A DNA stretch of 64,000 nt, taken from the NCBI GenBank assembly GCA_964019425.1, contig OZ025794.1, forward strand, positions 992,001 to 1,056,000, in the 5' to 3' direction. The translations under genes and the position numbers were made by a program. A model generated the notes under the pieces. The model worked only from the letters and a program-made list of their open reading frames with translations. It did not search any database and was not told the origin of the DNA. Within the stretch, counting starts at the first letter, position 1; each line of letters starts with the position of its first letter. Below are positions 33,953 through 47,056 of this stretch, one piece after another. The stretch is from Flectonema sp. DT1601 (lineage: Eukaryota).

Positions 33953-34689
33953 CTACTGACCACCAGAGCGAAGGATGTTTCTCACACGTGTTGCAGCATC
34001 TTGACTCTCAGATGCGTGCTCGTATACCAACTGGTACACTTCTGCAGAAGGGTTCAGCAGGATTCCTCCATCAATAACTTCATCAACGACAAGTACGAGA
34101 AGATCAAAGTTTTCGAGAAGAGTTCTCTTGTCGACCTGTTTTTTTTGTATTTTTTTGATATTTGTCATGATTTAAAAAAACAAACACCACCTCGACTAAA
34201 ATACAAAGCACATACTCTAAATAACTGTTTTACAACACCTTCAATTGTTGTTAAACAGTTACTGATTACTAGTTCATTCTCATTTAAGCTTCCAATCACG
34301 TAGAAGTATGTCTCAGGGTTCATTGTAAATACAACTGTGTGAGAGTCAACTAACGTGATGTCACCTCCTTCTTTTGGAGTCGGAGCTGTTGTTGTTGTTG
34401 TTGTTGTTTTTTTTTTTACTAAACACTCGCACAATAACATAAGAAAATCATAATACACATACTGGTGTTGGTGTGTGTCTTCTCGTAAAGCTTCTTTTCA
34501 AAGGCAGTCTGCTTGTCAAGCTTTCCCTCAAAAGGCTCATCGTAGTACTTGGCGAAAAGACGATTACCTGAAAATTGTTATTATTTTTTTTTTAAACTCT
34601 TTAAATGGTTCCTTAAATATATAAAGATCAAACATACCCTCGTCATCGAGGATGACTACTCCCTGAATCTTGTGGATTATGTCAGTCAT
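33953..34689 (-). CDS. COPZ: Coatomer subunit zeta (4 exons; introns 34568-34637, 34386-34462, 34136-34215)
   Basis: Spliced product MTDIIHKIQGVVILDDEGNRLFAKYY...QTAFEKKLYEKT...FYVIGSLNENELVI...VDKRTLLENFDLLVLVVDEVIDGGILL. All introns are GTATGT...CAG with consistent phases. Confidence 0.93.
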
Positions 34690-35539
34690 TTTGTTTAATC
34701 GGTTTCTGTTTTTGGAATGGAACTAATAATAATAATTTATGATTTAATCATTTAAATGAAGACGTTTAATAACTTTATTTCACATGTTGTAGTTACCTCC
34801 CCGACTGTAGAGAATACGGAACAGTGAAAATACTTCATCACTACGATTGCGAAACTACCACTGCGGACTCATGGTAGTTAATTTCAGTTTTGGTGGTCTG
34901 TTCATTTTCTTTCGCTTTTTTTTTTTTCAGCTTTGTGTTCGTTGCTCATTTTTCTGGAATTTTTTTTTTTTTTTCCCTTACTTACCGTGAACATCACACC
35001 CGTCAGAAGGAATGACTGCCCACTAAGAACAACACGAATTCAACTCGAGATAACAGTAAATTGATTACTGTAAACAGACGAACAACATATTACGTCGTTC
35101 GATGTTTTTTTTTTTAAAAAAAAACACACATTTTAAAAAAAACAACTTTTAAAAAAAAAAAAAAATCGTTCAAAAACTCGGAGAGGATAGTAATATAAAT
35201 GCTCCGCCTTTTGAAAGAGAACTCAAATAAACGATACGTGCGATCATGTGTTTTTTTTTTTTTTTTTTTTTTTGCATTTACCAAAAGTGCAACATAACAA
35301 GCATCTACCAATGGTTTGGTTGCTTTGGGAAGTCTACCGGAATAGGCCAATCTGTTGTTGTTTTTTTTGTTTTGAAATTGATGAATGCGACTTTAAAGTT
35401 AAATAGAGCGGAAAAAATAGAAATATCATACGCAAATCACAATCCCTTGTAGCTAAGACTGTTTGTTTGTCTTGAAGGTGAACACAACGTGAGTAACACA
35501 ACTAAACAAAAACAGAAACCAAACATCTCAAGAAAGTAA

Positions 35540-37087
35540 TCACGATGCTGGTGAGGAGCTGGAGCTACTCGTCTGCTGTTGCTGTTGTCGTCGTTGGGAT
35601 GATAGTCTCTCATGAAGCTCACTGTAAGCAGTAACCATACTTTGATGAAATGTAAGATAAGCTTCCGCCTCCTCAACAGAAGGAGCACAGAGTCCGTTTG
35701 TAGTCCGAGAGAGTGCTGGCATTACAGGCTGTGCTACCAAGGGTATTGAAGTGATAATACTTTCACTAGTCGACACGACCGGTGAAGTCTTAACTTCCGT
35801 CACATCTGTTGTGTGAGAAGGAGAACTAGAAGTTGATGGAGTTTTTGTATTTCTTTTAGTTATTAAATAACTCCCCTGGTACAGTCGATATGCTTCAGCT
35901 ATTTCCTCAGCTGTTACTTTCGGTGTTGGTGGTTTCGCTTCTGTGGCTGTCGGAGTCTCATTTTCTTGAGCATCAGCATTGTTAGCATTTTCCACCGGAG
36001 CGACATTCTCAGCCTGGGCCGCAACAGCAGCAGCAGCAGCAACATCTCTAGCCTGCTGAGCTTCTCTAGCAGCATTTTTATTTGTGGTATCGATGTTTTG
36101 TCTACAGTATGGACAAGTCGTTTGTCTTTCTAACCACTGTCTTAAACAGTGTCTGTGGAACATGTGTGAACATCCTAGTTTTTTAGCATCACCACTGTAT
36201 AATTCATCGTAGCAGATACTACAGGTTGGATCTTGTTCGACTTCCTCTTCGGTAGCATTTCTAAACTGTTCGTCAAGATTAGCAGCCAGCCTGCGGTAGT
36301 TCATAAAGTTGTGAGTAGTGCGATATAAGTTTCTAACTGTGACAAACATCTCTCTTAGAAGGTTTATTGGAAGACCATAATAAGTATAAATCACAAAGAA
36401 GAATATGATATAAGTCGCGCACTGTAATATGTCTGATACGATCTCAAGGTAGAATCTAACAGAACCTTTACCTTCCCATCGTCTATTACGTCGAGCATCA
36501 ACAAAGTGAACTACTAAACGAAGGAGAGCAGTTGTCGCAAGGATTGACATTATGATGAACTCTTCTAATATTATTAGACGAACAGATGGTCCGTTAGTTG
36601 CCATATCACTAATGAAGAAATATCCACTCATAGCGTCAACTGTTATTAAGGTAAACAAGAACAATACAAGTCGTAACTGACCTGTTCCTACTGTGGGTGT
36701 TTGTTCAATAAATTCCAATCTCGACTGTCCCAACCAATGAAATATTTTCCAAACAACACACAAAACAAACAACGCTACCATCATCACCGTGAATTTTTCA
36801 CTAAAAATAGTCAGCGTTAGGAATATTTCCATCAGAAAGAATGCAGTGTTTTCCATTACTTTTTCAACTTCTTGCACTCGTAAGTTACCCAAAAAAATAA
36901 ATCTTATCAACTGAAATACCAAACTAACGATTACCATAAAACTATTAGATAATAGAACATTAAATAATCTACTTTGAGCGAGATGAACCATAGTCGGATA
37001 GTACTGCTGATGAGTGTAGAAACTACTCGCTATGACTACAGCCATTACTCCTAAACTAACGATGCTATAAATTGCTAACTTGTTCAT
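35540..37087 (-). CDS. HRD1: ERAD E3 ubiquitin ligase HRD1/synoviolin
   Basis: N-terminal multi-TM domain (QQYYPTMVHL, FLGNLR..EVE, KIFHWL..SR, YGLPINLLRE) and RING-H2 CSIC...CSHMFHRHC...CPYCR; ATG at 37087. Confidence 0.93.
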   Translation of the reverse strand: MNKLAIYSIVSLGVMAVVIASSFYTHQQYYPTMVHLAQSRLFNVLLSNSFMVIVSLVFQLIRFIFLGNLRVQEVEKVMENTAFFLMEIFLTLTIFSEKFTVMMVALFVLCVVWKIFHWLGQSRLEFIEQTPTVGTGQLRLVLFLFTLITVDAMSGYFFISDMATNGPSVRLIILEEFIIMSILATTALLRLVVHFVDARRNRRWEGKGSVRFYLEIVSDILQCATYIIFFFVIYTYYGLPINLLREMFVTVRNLYRTTHNFMNYRRLAANLDEQFRNATEEEVEQDPTCSICYDELYSGDAKKLGCSHMFHRHCLRQWLERQTTCPYCRQNIDTTNKNAAREAQQARDVAAAAAVAAQAENVAPVENANNADAQENETPTATEAKPPTPKVTAEEIAEAYRLYQGSYLITKRNTKTPSTSSSPSHTTDVTEVKTSPVVSTSESIITSIPLVAQPVMPALSRTTNGLCAPSVEEAEAYLTFHQSMVTAYSELHERLSSQRRQQQQQTSSSSSSPAS

Positions 37088-37109
37088 TTTTTTTTTTTTT
37101 TTGTTGTGT

Positions 37110-37143
<34 letters not shown>

Positions 37144-38170
37144 CCTGTATATGTGATGAATGATTAAAAGAACAGTTTTTTTTTACATTACTGCAATTTA
37201 TAAATATATACTGCGAATTGAGTAATTTTGTCAAACATTTTTTTTTTTTTTTTTTTTCCCCCTGCTCCTGTCATTTTTTAAAACATATTATGAATACGAT
37301 AATTTCAAAAAATAAATAATTTACCAAATCGTAATAACAATTATAATTATAATAGATTATATTAGCGAGCCAAGCAGTGCTTTATCTTAATATAGATTAG
37401 TAGCGCGTTGCAAAAAAAAAAAAAAAAAAAAAAAAAAAGAAGGGAAAAAAAAAAAAAAGGAACTCTTACTTTTGTTATTGTTTATTGCTGTTACTAGTTT
37501 TATATGAAGGGTTGCATACCTACATGTCAGATGGTGATCTTGCATAGCCTTGACACAACAAAACACCCTGTATGGGGTCAAGGATTTCATTATAAGGGGA
37601 AAAAAGAATCTCGATAAAGATATCAGAACAGAGCTTGTGAGCATACCGTAGATCTTTTGCGTCAGCATTTTTGATTTTGTCTTCCTGCCTACTCCGTTTT
37701 TTGTAACACATCGGGTACTCTTCTTTCTTTTAATTCTATCGAACTTGCAAAAATGGTATTGAGAAAAAAAAAGGGGAAAAAACGAGAAAAAAAATAAATT
37801 TAGTTTTGGCTTTTTGTTTAGACGCACTAGTGCATATTTCTCAATGAAATCTTTTTAACACACGCCACTAACAACAACTTTTCTTTAATACTCAACAATT
37901 ATTGTCTTATTGTCATATAAAGAACAGAGTTCAAAAAAAGGGGAAAAGAAAATAAAAAGGAGGGGGGGAAAAAAAAACCTTCCCCTTCACTATGGGACAT
38001 TAAAATTTTTAATAATCGACAGATAAAAAAAAAAAAGAACTACACGCCTACAACTGATTAATATTCACACTCGTGCAGTAGGTGACTCTTAAAACTCGTA
38101 ACATTTATTATAGCCATACACAATGACATACTTTAATGAGATCTAAACCAGTCCAATCCAACTAATTTCT

Positions 38171-39269
38171 CTAAATAGTAACTCTTTGACTCTTCTCTTG
38201 AGGTGATGGCTGTGGTACATCTCCGATTGGATTCTCTACTTTTTTAGGATCATTTGGAGAACTGTAACTCTTCTTAGGAGGGCTGGTGTAAGCTGATTGT
38301 TGGTAATTAGAATCACCAGGTCCTTTATAATAACTTCTACCTCCACTTTCAGTACCATCATCTGAGGGTTTTGAGTAGCTTACATCTGTTTGTTCTTCAG
38401 TGTTGGAAGCGTAAACCTCTTCCTTCACACTTAACGCTTCACCAGATTCCGTTGTAGAAGTTGGAGGAACAGAGTCAGAAAGGGTTTCCTTAGGAACAGA
38501 AACAGCTGGTGGTGCAGCAGGTGGTCCACCAGGAGCATATTGCGGAGCTGCTGACCCACCAGGTGCGTATGACGGAATACCACTCAAACCAGGTGGAGCA
38601 TACGATTGATTTGGTAAGCCACTTGGAGGATAAGGAACAGCACCAGGGAAAGGCATTGGAGGCGCTTCAAGACCACCTGGATAACCAGGCATTGGAGGCA
38701 TTGGAGGCATTCCCGGAGGAGGAATTGGTGGCATCATCCCAGGCATACCCGGAAAAGGTGGCATACCAGGAACATTCATAGGCATCGGAGGGTACATAGG
38801 CATACCAGGCATACCAAAAGGCGGCATCCCAAAAGGTGGCATCCCAAACATAGGCATCATCGGAGGCATTGCAGTAGTAACCTTCTTACCGTAATGATTA
38901 AGTTCTTCTTCAGATAATAATTCATCTGGTACTCCTTCCATTCCAAATACTTCGAATTCAAATGTTGATCGATGCTCTAATGCTCCAGGTACTTTCTTTA
39001 TTTCCATAGTGTGTTGTTTAACGTAATGATTACGAAGACCAATCGCGTTGTTCAGACGACGTTCACATCTGGGACACCGAAAATGTTTTTCTTTCTGGTG
39101 TTGGATGAGCATACTTTCATCTCCGAACTTCTTCTCACAATAATAACACCACGGCTGTGTGTGTTGTTTAGTATTGATTTCTATGGACTGTACTTTCAAC
39201 ATGAGTTTAGATACATACCTTTATGTCTTTTCCTTTGGAATCTCCAGACGACTTCTTTTTCTTCGGCAT
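38171..39269 (-). CDS. ZNF207: ZNF207/BuGZ-like C2H2 zinc-finger protein with Pro/Met-rich disordered tail (intron 39155-39218)
   Basis: Exon 1 MPKKKKSSGDSKGKDIK is spliced to PWCYYCEKKFGDESMLIQHQKEKHFRC...H...H...EVFGMEGVP, the family signature. Confidence 0.9.
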
Positions 39270-39465
39270 CTTAACTTCTTATACCTGTTGCTGAATAGAT
39301 GTTATAAAGTACATTTCTACTTACTTAAATTGCGATCAGGTGCACCACCAAAAGAGTGCGTAATGAAACAGAAACTATTTGTAGTCTGGTTTTGGCTCGT
39401 TTTGTTCATATGAAGACTGACAAAACAATTTGTGTGTGTTATTTATTTTTTTTTATTTTTTTATT

Positions 39466-39510
39466 TTTTTTTTTTTGTACCGACGTAGTAGAGAAGACTA
39501 TTCAGATTGA
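39466..39510 (-). repeat. Dispersed repeat family F, inverted copy
   Basis: Reverse complement tcaatctgaatagtcttctctactacgtcggtac(A)n resembles 52842-52899. Confidence 0.6.
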
Positions 39511-40755
39511 TATGGTTATGATTTATTTTCCCCCCTGCAACAGGATTCTGTTTGCGTTAAATGAATTATGCGGAGTGGAGTCAAACGCTGTGCAGCCTAC
39601 AGGGGCCAGTCCCAACTAGCACCCCAGCTGCGTTCAACGAAATATAAATTACAAATTTATATAAAGGCTAATCTGAATGGCCTATTCTTGCGTTTGTTTT
39701 TCTCTTCACTTTTTTTTTTTTTTTTTTTTTTTTGACTATTTTTTTTCCCCTCCCAAGCTGGCAAAACCGGTCTTTTTAGCTGAAAAAAAAAAAAATAATC
39801 TCTCGCTTTGTTGTTGTCGGGTAACACAAATTCATTAAGAAATTATTTTAACAGCGATTGGAGCAGCAGATTCAATTGTACAGCAAATGATAGCAGCCAA
39901 GTCATGTTATTTTTTTTTTTTTTTTTTTTCCCCTTTAAATCCCTCCTCTGCCTTCTTCTCAATAACTCATTTAAGAAATGAATTTGTTGGCGAAACCAAT
40001 ATTGGGAAACATCCCAAAAAAAAAAAAAAAAAAAAAAAAACATAAAAACCAGAATAACAATAACGAAACAGCGGAAGGAAAAGAAAGAAAGAAAAAACGT
40101 CATTTAGTGACGACAAAAGAATGGGGGTGAAAAAAAAAAAGCTTCTTACAATCTTGTTCGGTAATCCACGAGTAAAGTACAATGGAATCACATTAAAAAA
40201 ACAAGAGCATGTTTGCACAAATATTTCACATCAGACAGTGTGCATATGGCTTACAGTGGTTATCCGCGCATAAGCTTCTTGTTTCCTTTAATAAGATATC
40301 CTTATTTTTATTTTTTTTATTTTATTTTTTATGAACACACCGCAGACATAACAAAACCGAAAGACAGAAAACCCATTCAGAAAGTTGCTGTACACAACTC
40401 AAAGAGTCGACAATAGAAGAGACCCGTTCACCTTCCTGCTTTGACTTCTTCTTCTTCTTCTTCTTTTTTTTTTTTTCCTTCTGAGAATTTAAGAGGAAAG
40501 AGGGCAACGAACTGAAAGAAGAACAAAGAATCGAAGAACATACAAATTGCGATTTTTTAGCAAACTTTGCAAAATTTCTCAAATTTCCTTCTCACTTTTT
40601 TTTTTTTTTAAAAAACTTTTGGTTGCTTTGTTTTGTTGAAATGAAGTCAAAAGTCACTAACTCAGACGGGAATGCAGGCCTAAGTATAACCTCTCCCAGA
40701 AGAGCTTCTAGGAAGGTAGCCTGTGATGACAGGAACTTGATAGTAGTAACATTTC

Positions 40756-42068
40756 TTAGTCACTAATACTTGATGAATTGTGATTGTCTTCACTTGACAT
40801 CTCTTTATGATCTCTTTTACGAGGCGGCGGATGAACACCAGTATCAGACATACTTGCATCAATATTCCAGTCTTCCTTTTCCTTTACAGCATTTGCTACT
40901 TCTTTTGCAGCTATGTCCAACGATGCATTTTCAGTTATGTTATTTAATTGTTTCCATTGTCCTTTCGATTCTGATAAGGATTTTTTAGGTAACGGTGGTA
41001 TTGTCGTGTTTGGTGTTATTATTTTAATCTCCTCCTTCACAAGTACTGATTTGCTACTCTTTGCGTTGATGCTTTCGGTGGTTACATTGCTACCGACTTG
41101 AATCTGGTTGGGTTTTTGTGAATTTCTTAGCCTATCTTCCTGAAGGTCTTTTAGAGTCGCACGCTGTAATTCCTGTTTGTTTTTTTGTTGTTGTTGTTGT
41201 TTTTTTTAAAACTGAATACTCGCAGTTGTTTTAAAAGAAGGAAGGAAATATAGAAAATCAACGATACCTCACTCTTGACAAAAATTACTACGGGATTCTT
41301 GGTACCGTAGGCTCCCATGAATTGAACTTTTGTTTTGAAATCACTATTGCTCTTTAAGACAATTCCTAGGGAACCTTTCTGAACTATAATTTGATCTGAA
41401 TTTCCGACTCGGACATCAGCCTTAGCGATGACGGTTACCCCATCTTCAAAACGGATAGTTTGATGTAGTTTTGTTGGAATTGGTGTTGTAGGTTGATCTG
41501 ATGTTTTTGGTACGGTGTCGCGTTGTTCTTGAGAGCGAATGACTTGTTCGAGTCTTCCAATTCTTTTTTGAAGAGCCAATTGTTGTGGAGAATCTTTATC
41601 GTGATCTCTTTCAATAATATTTCGAAGCCTATCAGCTTCAGCTTTGTCATATTTAGCTGCTTCCGCAACCCTTGCCTTTTCCTCTTCAAGTTTTCTCAAC
41701 CTCTCAGACAATGAGGTTTCTAAATCCTGTGTTGGAAGTGGTCTTCGTTGGACCACCGGCATCATTGCGGTTTCAGGCTTTACCACCGTACCCATGGTAA
41801 AGACTAAGCATATAATAATTCCGAACAAGAACGCACCTACAACAGCACCGACCCATCCCTGTCTGCGAACCCAATAAGGAAGCCCAGGAAGAGCACTGCT
41901 TGATTGGATCTTTCTGTAAAATTTGGTTTGTGTGTTACTGTGATGATTAAAACATTTAAAATAAAAATAAAAATAAAAATAAAACTTAATAACATACCTA
42001 AACGAAGGTTCTCGGTGATATAGCTGTGGTGTTCGCGGGGCTCTCCTGCCCTCTTCATAGCCCATCAT
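40756..42068 (-). CDS. Single-pass membrane protein with coiled coil (3 exons; introns 41914-41997, 41173-41267)
   Basis: TM WVGAVVGAFLFGIIICLVF, coiled coil, small beta-rich domain. Splicing joins ORFs 41151-42068 and 40756-41040 in frame. Confidence 0.75.
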
Positions 42069-42496
42069 ACTATACGAAACCCATATCTGGTTGTTGTCAT
42101 AAAATAGATTTTAATCATCTTACAGACCTTCCCATTAGAATAATAAAAGTTAACATGAAAAAAAGTAAACAAGCGACCGCTGGGCGCCTAATGTTTTTTT
42201 TTCCTTTCTTTAAAAAAAAAAAAAGGGAAAAACCGTATGAACTATAATAATAAACTAACAATAAATACCTACCTACACCACCCCCACCACCCTGAAGGTG
42301 GTAAAAAGGGATAGAAAAAGAAAAGAAGGAAAAAAAAGAAATCACTTTCTTCCAGATGCAGCAACGGAGAAAAATATTTATTCACATAAAGTGTGCTGTG
42401 TAAACTGGCACACAGAGAGGTTGGGAGGGGGAGAAACTGCAGTATGAAACGCTAGCCTGCTTGAGAACTCTGAAGACATGCAGACAACGCTTATGC

Positions 42497-45306
42497 TTAA
42501 CTAGGTACTGGTGCCTGACTGGAGGTTGCTGGATCAGTCTGGGCCAGCTGGGCAACCTGTTTGTTAGTTAGTTAAATTGTGAATAACAAGAACAATATAA
42601 TTAAAAACATAAAACCCATACTGAATGACCTTTATATGGCCCTGGTTGATTGGCTCCTACGGTAGCTGCTGCCCCTTCAACGCCTTGCATCATTGAACTA
42701 ACTTTTTGTTGACGTTCCTCTTCTTTTAATGATTTTCGACATTCTGTGAAGTAGTTGGCGTGCATGGAACTAAATTCTGTCTGGATCTCATCGTATTCTG
42801 ATTGAAATCGTTTTACTTGGTCTTGGAAGTGAGTTAATGAGACTTGCATCGCCTTCATCTGTTGTTTGTTTGTTATTATTTATAATCACAATAAGGTTAA
42901 AACATAAAGGAAAACAACAAGACATACTTGAGATGTTTTCTTACTTAAGTTATCTTTATAAACGTTCAATTGTTCTGCTACTTCAGGACCAGGTTGACGA
43001 GCAAGAACTCCCTTGAGTTCGACGTATAATTTTTCCTTTTCGGAAATTAATTTTTCTTTTTCACGAACTTCTTCAGTTTTAACAATTAATTGCTTTTGGA
43101 GTTTGTGAGTGCGAGTCAGTGCTTCGTACGTGTGAGGTTCAGAACCTTCCATTTTATGCCAACGATGGACATTAAGAGGGTTTTGGAGCTCGTCTGTGAG
43201 TGCTTTTACTTTAGCGCGTTCTCTAATAAGAGAATTCGTTTTGATGTTAATTTCTAACTTGAGGCTGTCGATTTTGGAGATGAATGTTTTTACAGAGTTA
43301 AGCTCTACTCGTAGTTGACTACTTTTCTCTTTTAGTTGTCGTAATTCAACCATTCGGTCTCGGTATTGGATGTCTCCCTTATTCATTGTCGATTGTTGAA
43401 TTCGAATTCGTTCATACAGTCTCGACAGCTCGTCATTCCTCTTAATGAGTTGTGCTCCTAAGATATCACGTTCGTTCATTACGTTCTCATAGTCGCGTTT
43501 TTGTTTTGCCTTTTCACTGTCAGCTTCGTTTATTATCTCATTAAGTTTGTTTATTTCATTTGCTAAGGATATTATTTTCCTCGTATTCGCGTCGATCATT
43601 GTGACAAATTTTTGTTTTCTAAGAAGATAACGCTTTTTTTCACTTTCTAATTTTGATTTTTGAATGTTATGATGAACCAAGTCTTTTTCTTTTTGTTGAA
43701 TTTCTTCTTTTAGTTGGAGGATGCTGTGGTTCATTATTTTAAACTTCCTGCGCATATCCTGGATGTCGGAGTGTAGTTCCAGGAGATTTTTTGAATATAA
43801 ATTTCTCTCATTGAGAACCTGCTCGAATAGACCTTGTTGTTGTTTTAGTTTGTTTTCACTGTCGTGGATGGCACGTTGGCTTTCATCTACTTTTGATTCA
43901 AGAATACGAACTTCATCCATTGATCTGACGTAGTGTGTTGATGCCTCGCCTGCTTCTTTCTCATACTGTAAGGTTTCTTGTTCCAAATGATAGATAAGTT
44001 CGCGTTGTTTGTGTCCGTGTTTTTCATATCCTCGTATCTCTTGTTCAAGGTTGCGTTTTTGATTTTCTTTTATTAAGAGCCAGTCTTTTTGTTTTTGAGT
44101 TCCTCCCTGAGCTTTTAAATAATTCTTATTTAGAATATCCCTCTCTCTTGTTAGATCGTCGATTTGTTTTCGATCGCTTTCACAGGCTTTTCGACCGGTG
44201 CTTATGTTGGTTTCCATTTTTTGAATCTCTAAGTGAAGGTTGTTTCGCTCGTGCTCGACATCGGCTCGTTGCTGTTCCAAAACACGATTGCGTCGTTGGA
44301 CTGTATCGCGTAGCTTACTTGATCTGTTCAGTTCTTGTTTCTGTGACAGAGCATCGTTCTCCTTTATCCTCAACTGCGCTTGTAGATTTTGATTTTCTGC
44401 TTTCACAGCTGATGTCCTCTCAATTTCAGCTTCCAAATCATGTTGGTATTTTTGAGTTTTCTTATTAATACTTTCGTATTCCTTGATTGCTCTTTCGGTT
44501 GCGCTTTTTTGTTCGTGAAGTTGCTCATCAAGACGTTGAATTGCAAGGTATGATTGGTTTAAAACACTATCATTTGTTTTTATGAGAGAATGATGACTTA
44601 GGAGTTCACTTTTTAGAGTTTTCAGTTCTCTTTCCCAATATTCTTTGCGTCGTTTTTCTTTGTCGAGGAGATCCAGTTTGTCGACCATTACGTCATTTAT
44701 ATTCTGAATTTGATTATCTTGTAATTCCTTATCGTGGACAAGTTTAGACATCGATTCGTGGTACTCAGTGATGTTACCTTGGATTGCTACTAATTGTGTC
44801 TTCTGGGTATCTCGTTCTTTTTGAAGATCTTCTCGTACCTTCGCTAATTCTTGTAAAGCACTGTCATGTCCTATAAGTCCACTCACACCCTTTTCCACTT
44901 GTTTCTCCAAGTCTTTCAACTCCATTCGAAGCCTTTTAATATTTTCCTTGGCTGTGATTTCCTTTTCTTTAGACTGCTCCAGTCTTGATTTCGCTTTCGT
45001 AATTTCCTTTCGGAGTGTTTCTATTGTCGAGTGATCTCCAGCGCTAAGGTCCTCAGCAGTTTTTATCTTTGATTGGCAGGTGTGGATTTCACTTTGTAGG
45101 TCCAAGCATTTTTTGAGGAGTCGTTTTTCTCCATCGTGAAGTTTCAGGAACGAGGCATGCATTGTATCATACTCTTTACGATATACTTCGAGGCTTTCAT
45201 CACTTTCTAACTCAAGTAGAACTTCTTGAAACTGACGTTCGCATTGCTCAAAAGATGCATTCTGTTGTTGAATACGTTCAAATGTTTCGTCATCAGTTTT
45301 CAACAT
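42497..45306 (-). CDS. CFAP58: Cilia- and flagella-associated protein 58 (introns 42859-42927, 42557-42621)
   Basis: Long coiled coil with ERQFQEVL, NERDILGAQLIKRNDEL..LYERIRIQQS, NPLNVHRW...EGS.P and LARQPGPEVAEQL. An extra upstream exon near 45390-45456 is possible. Confidence 0.92.
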
Positions 45307-46078
45307 TTTCTGCCCCCCCTGCCCACGGCTGTTGTTAAAAACGAATTAAGTATTATTTTAATTATTGTTTTCATAATCAATCATGTAAACTATAACTCGA
45401 TTGGCTTGAATGAAAAATGGGGTTTCTGGAATGGACGGGGTGCTCCGACCACCCATCCTCCGATGGAGGAGAGGCGGACCTGGGAAAGGCGTGGTCGGAG
45501 GAAAGAAAAAAAAAAAAAAAAAAAAAAAAAGGAAGCAAAAAAAAAAAAAAGAAAAGAAAAGAAAGAGACAAGGAAATAGCAAACGTGCGGGGAAATTTCC
45601 TGGGCAACAACCGACTCTCAAAAAGACCTGATGGAGCGGTTGAGCGAAAAACCAGTTCACATCCTTATTCTCTTCGGAAAGTTGATATTGGATATGGAGT
45701 ACTTGTGAATTTCCAGCAAAACATAGCATTTTAGATACGCCATTAAAAGACTTTGGAGGGAAGATGTTGTAATAAGAACCGTAGTCACATTCGGTACATT
45801 GTTATTGTGTCCCAGGAAAGAAAAAAAAAAAAAAAAGGAAAGGAAAAAATCTGCTTCCCACAAGTACAACACAACAGTAAGTGTCTAGAACGTATTACTA
45901 CTAGTTGGTTGATGGTTTTTTTTTTTTTTTTGTCTAAAGTCATTGTGAGAGGTTCATTTGTCTGAGTAACTAATCCATAGAAAAAAAATGAAAGCAGATT
46001 ATCATGATCTGCCCTCACTTACTAAAGAAATATTGTTACCGTCTCGGTATTTCTTTTTTTTTTTTTTTTATTTGCAAG

Positions 46079-46109
<31 letters not shown>

Positions 46110-47020
46110 TTAAAAAAATAAAATTAAAAATCGGAAACTGATAACTCTGCATAGAATTGTCAAGGGTAGTAATTCGTTTATGACTAACTGATTTGTGATT
46201 ACTGCATGGGCGGGGGTAGAACTATAATGCAGCTCTTAGTCCAATATTTTATTCCTCCCTCCCTCCGTATCTTTTTATTAAAAAGGGTCTGCATCTTACA
46301 CCACAAAAACTAAATGTAATCAGCATGTCGGTGAAAAGATAAGGCATTAACCCTTAGATTGAAAGAAAAATATAAAATGCTTTCTTTTGTTTTTAGTGAT
46401 AGTTTTTTTTTTTTTTTTTTTCTTTATTGTAGTCTTCCTTTATTTTATTTTTATTTTCATTTTTCTTTTTCTTTTTCTTTTTTTTTATTACTATTCATCA
46501 ACCAAAATTTTCATATGTTTTTTAATAAAAAAAAAAAAAAAAAAAATTGTGTTTTATTGTTATTATTATTATTATTTTTTTTCTCTCTTTTCTTCTTTTT
46601 TTTTTTTTGCTTGTTTGATTTGCACACCCTAAAGCCAGTTATTATTGCTGTCACAATCGACTACTTTATGTTACGGATGTGACAGGCCTTGGGCATTGGT
46701 CAATAAGAGCCAATAAATTACACAACAGAAAATAAAAACCTCACTGATAAAATATACAATCTCCCATAAACAATTTCGTACGTTACTAACCCATTTGAGT
46801 ATCCCCCTTAAAGAAAAGGGGATACATCAAAAGGAGGTGCAAAAGAAGAAAAATAGAGGTGGGAAGAAAGGAAGAAAAAAAAAAAAAAAAAAAAAAAAAA
46901 TTCTGCTGCAACTAGTGTCTGTAAAGTTGGACAGTGTTTCTTTGTATCATCAAACACAACGTAAGTATTTACCGTTGTAATCACGTAGCCAAGTAATTGC
47001 AATCGAAGAATACGAACAGC

Positions 47021-47056
<36 letters not shown>

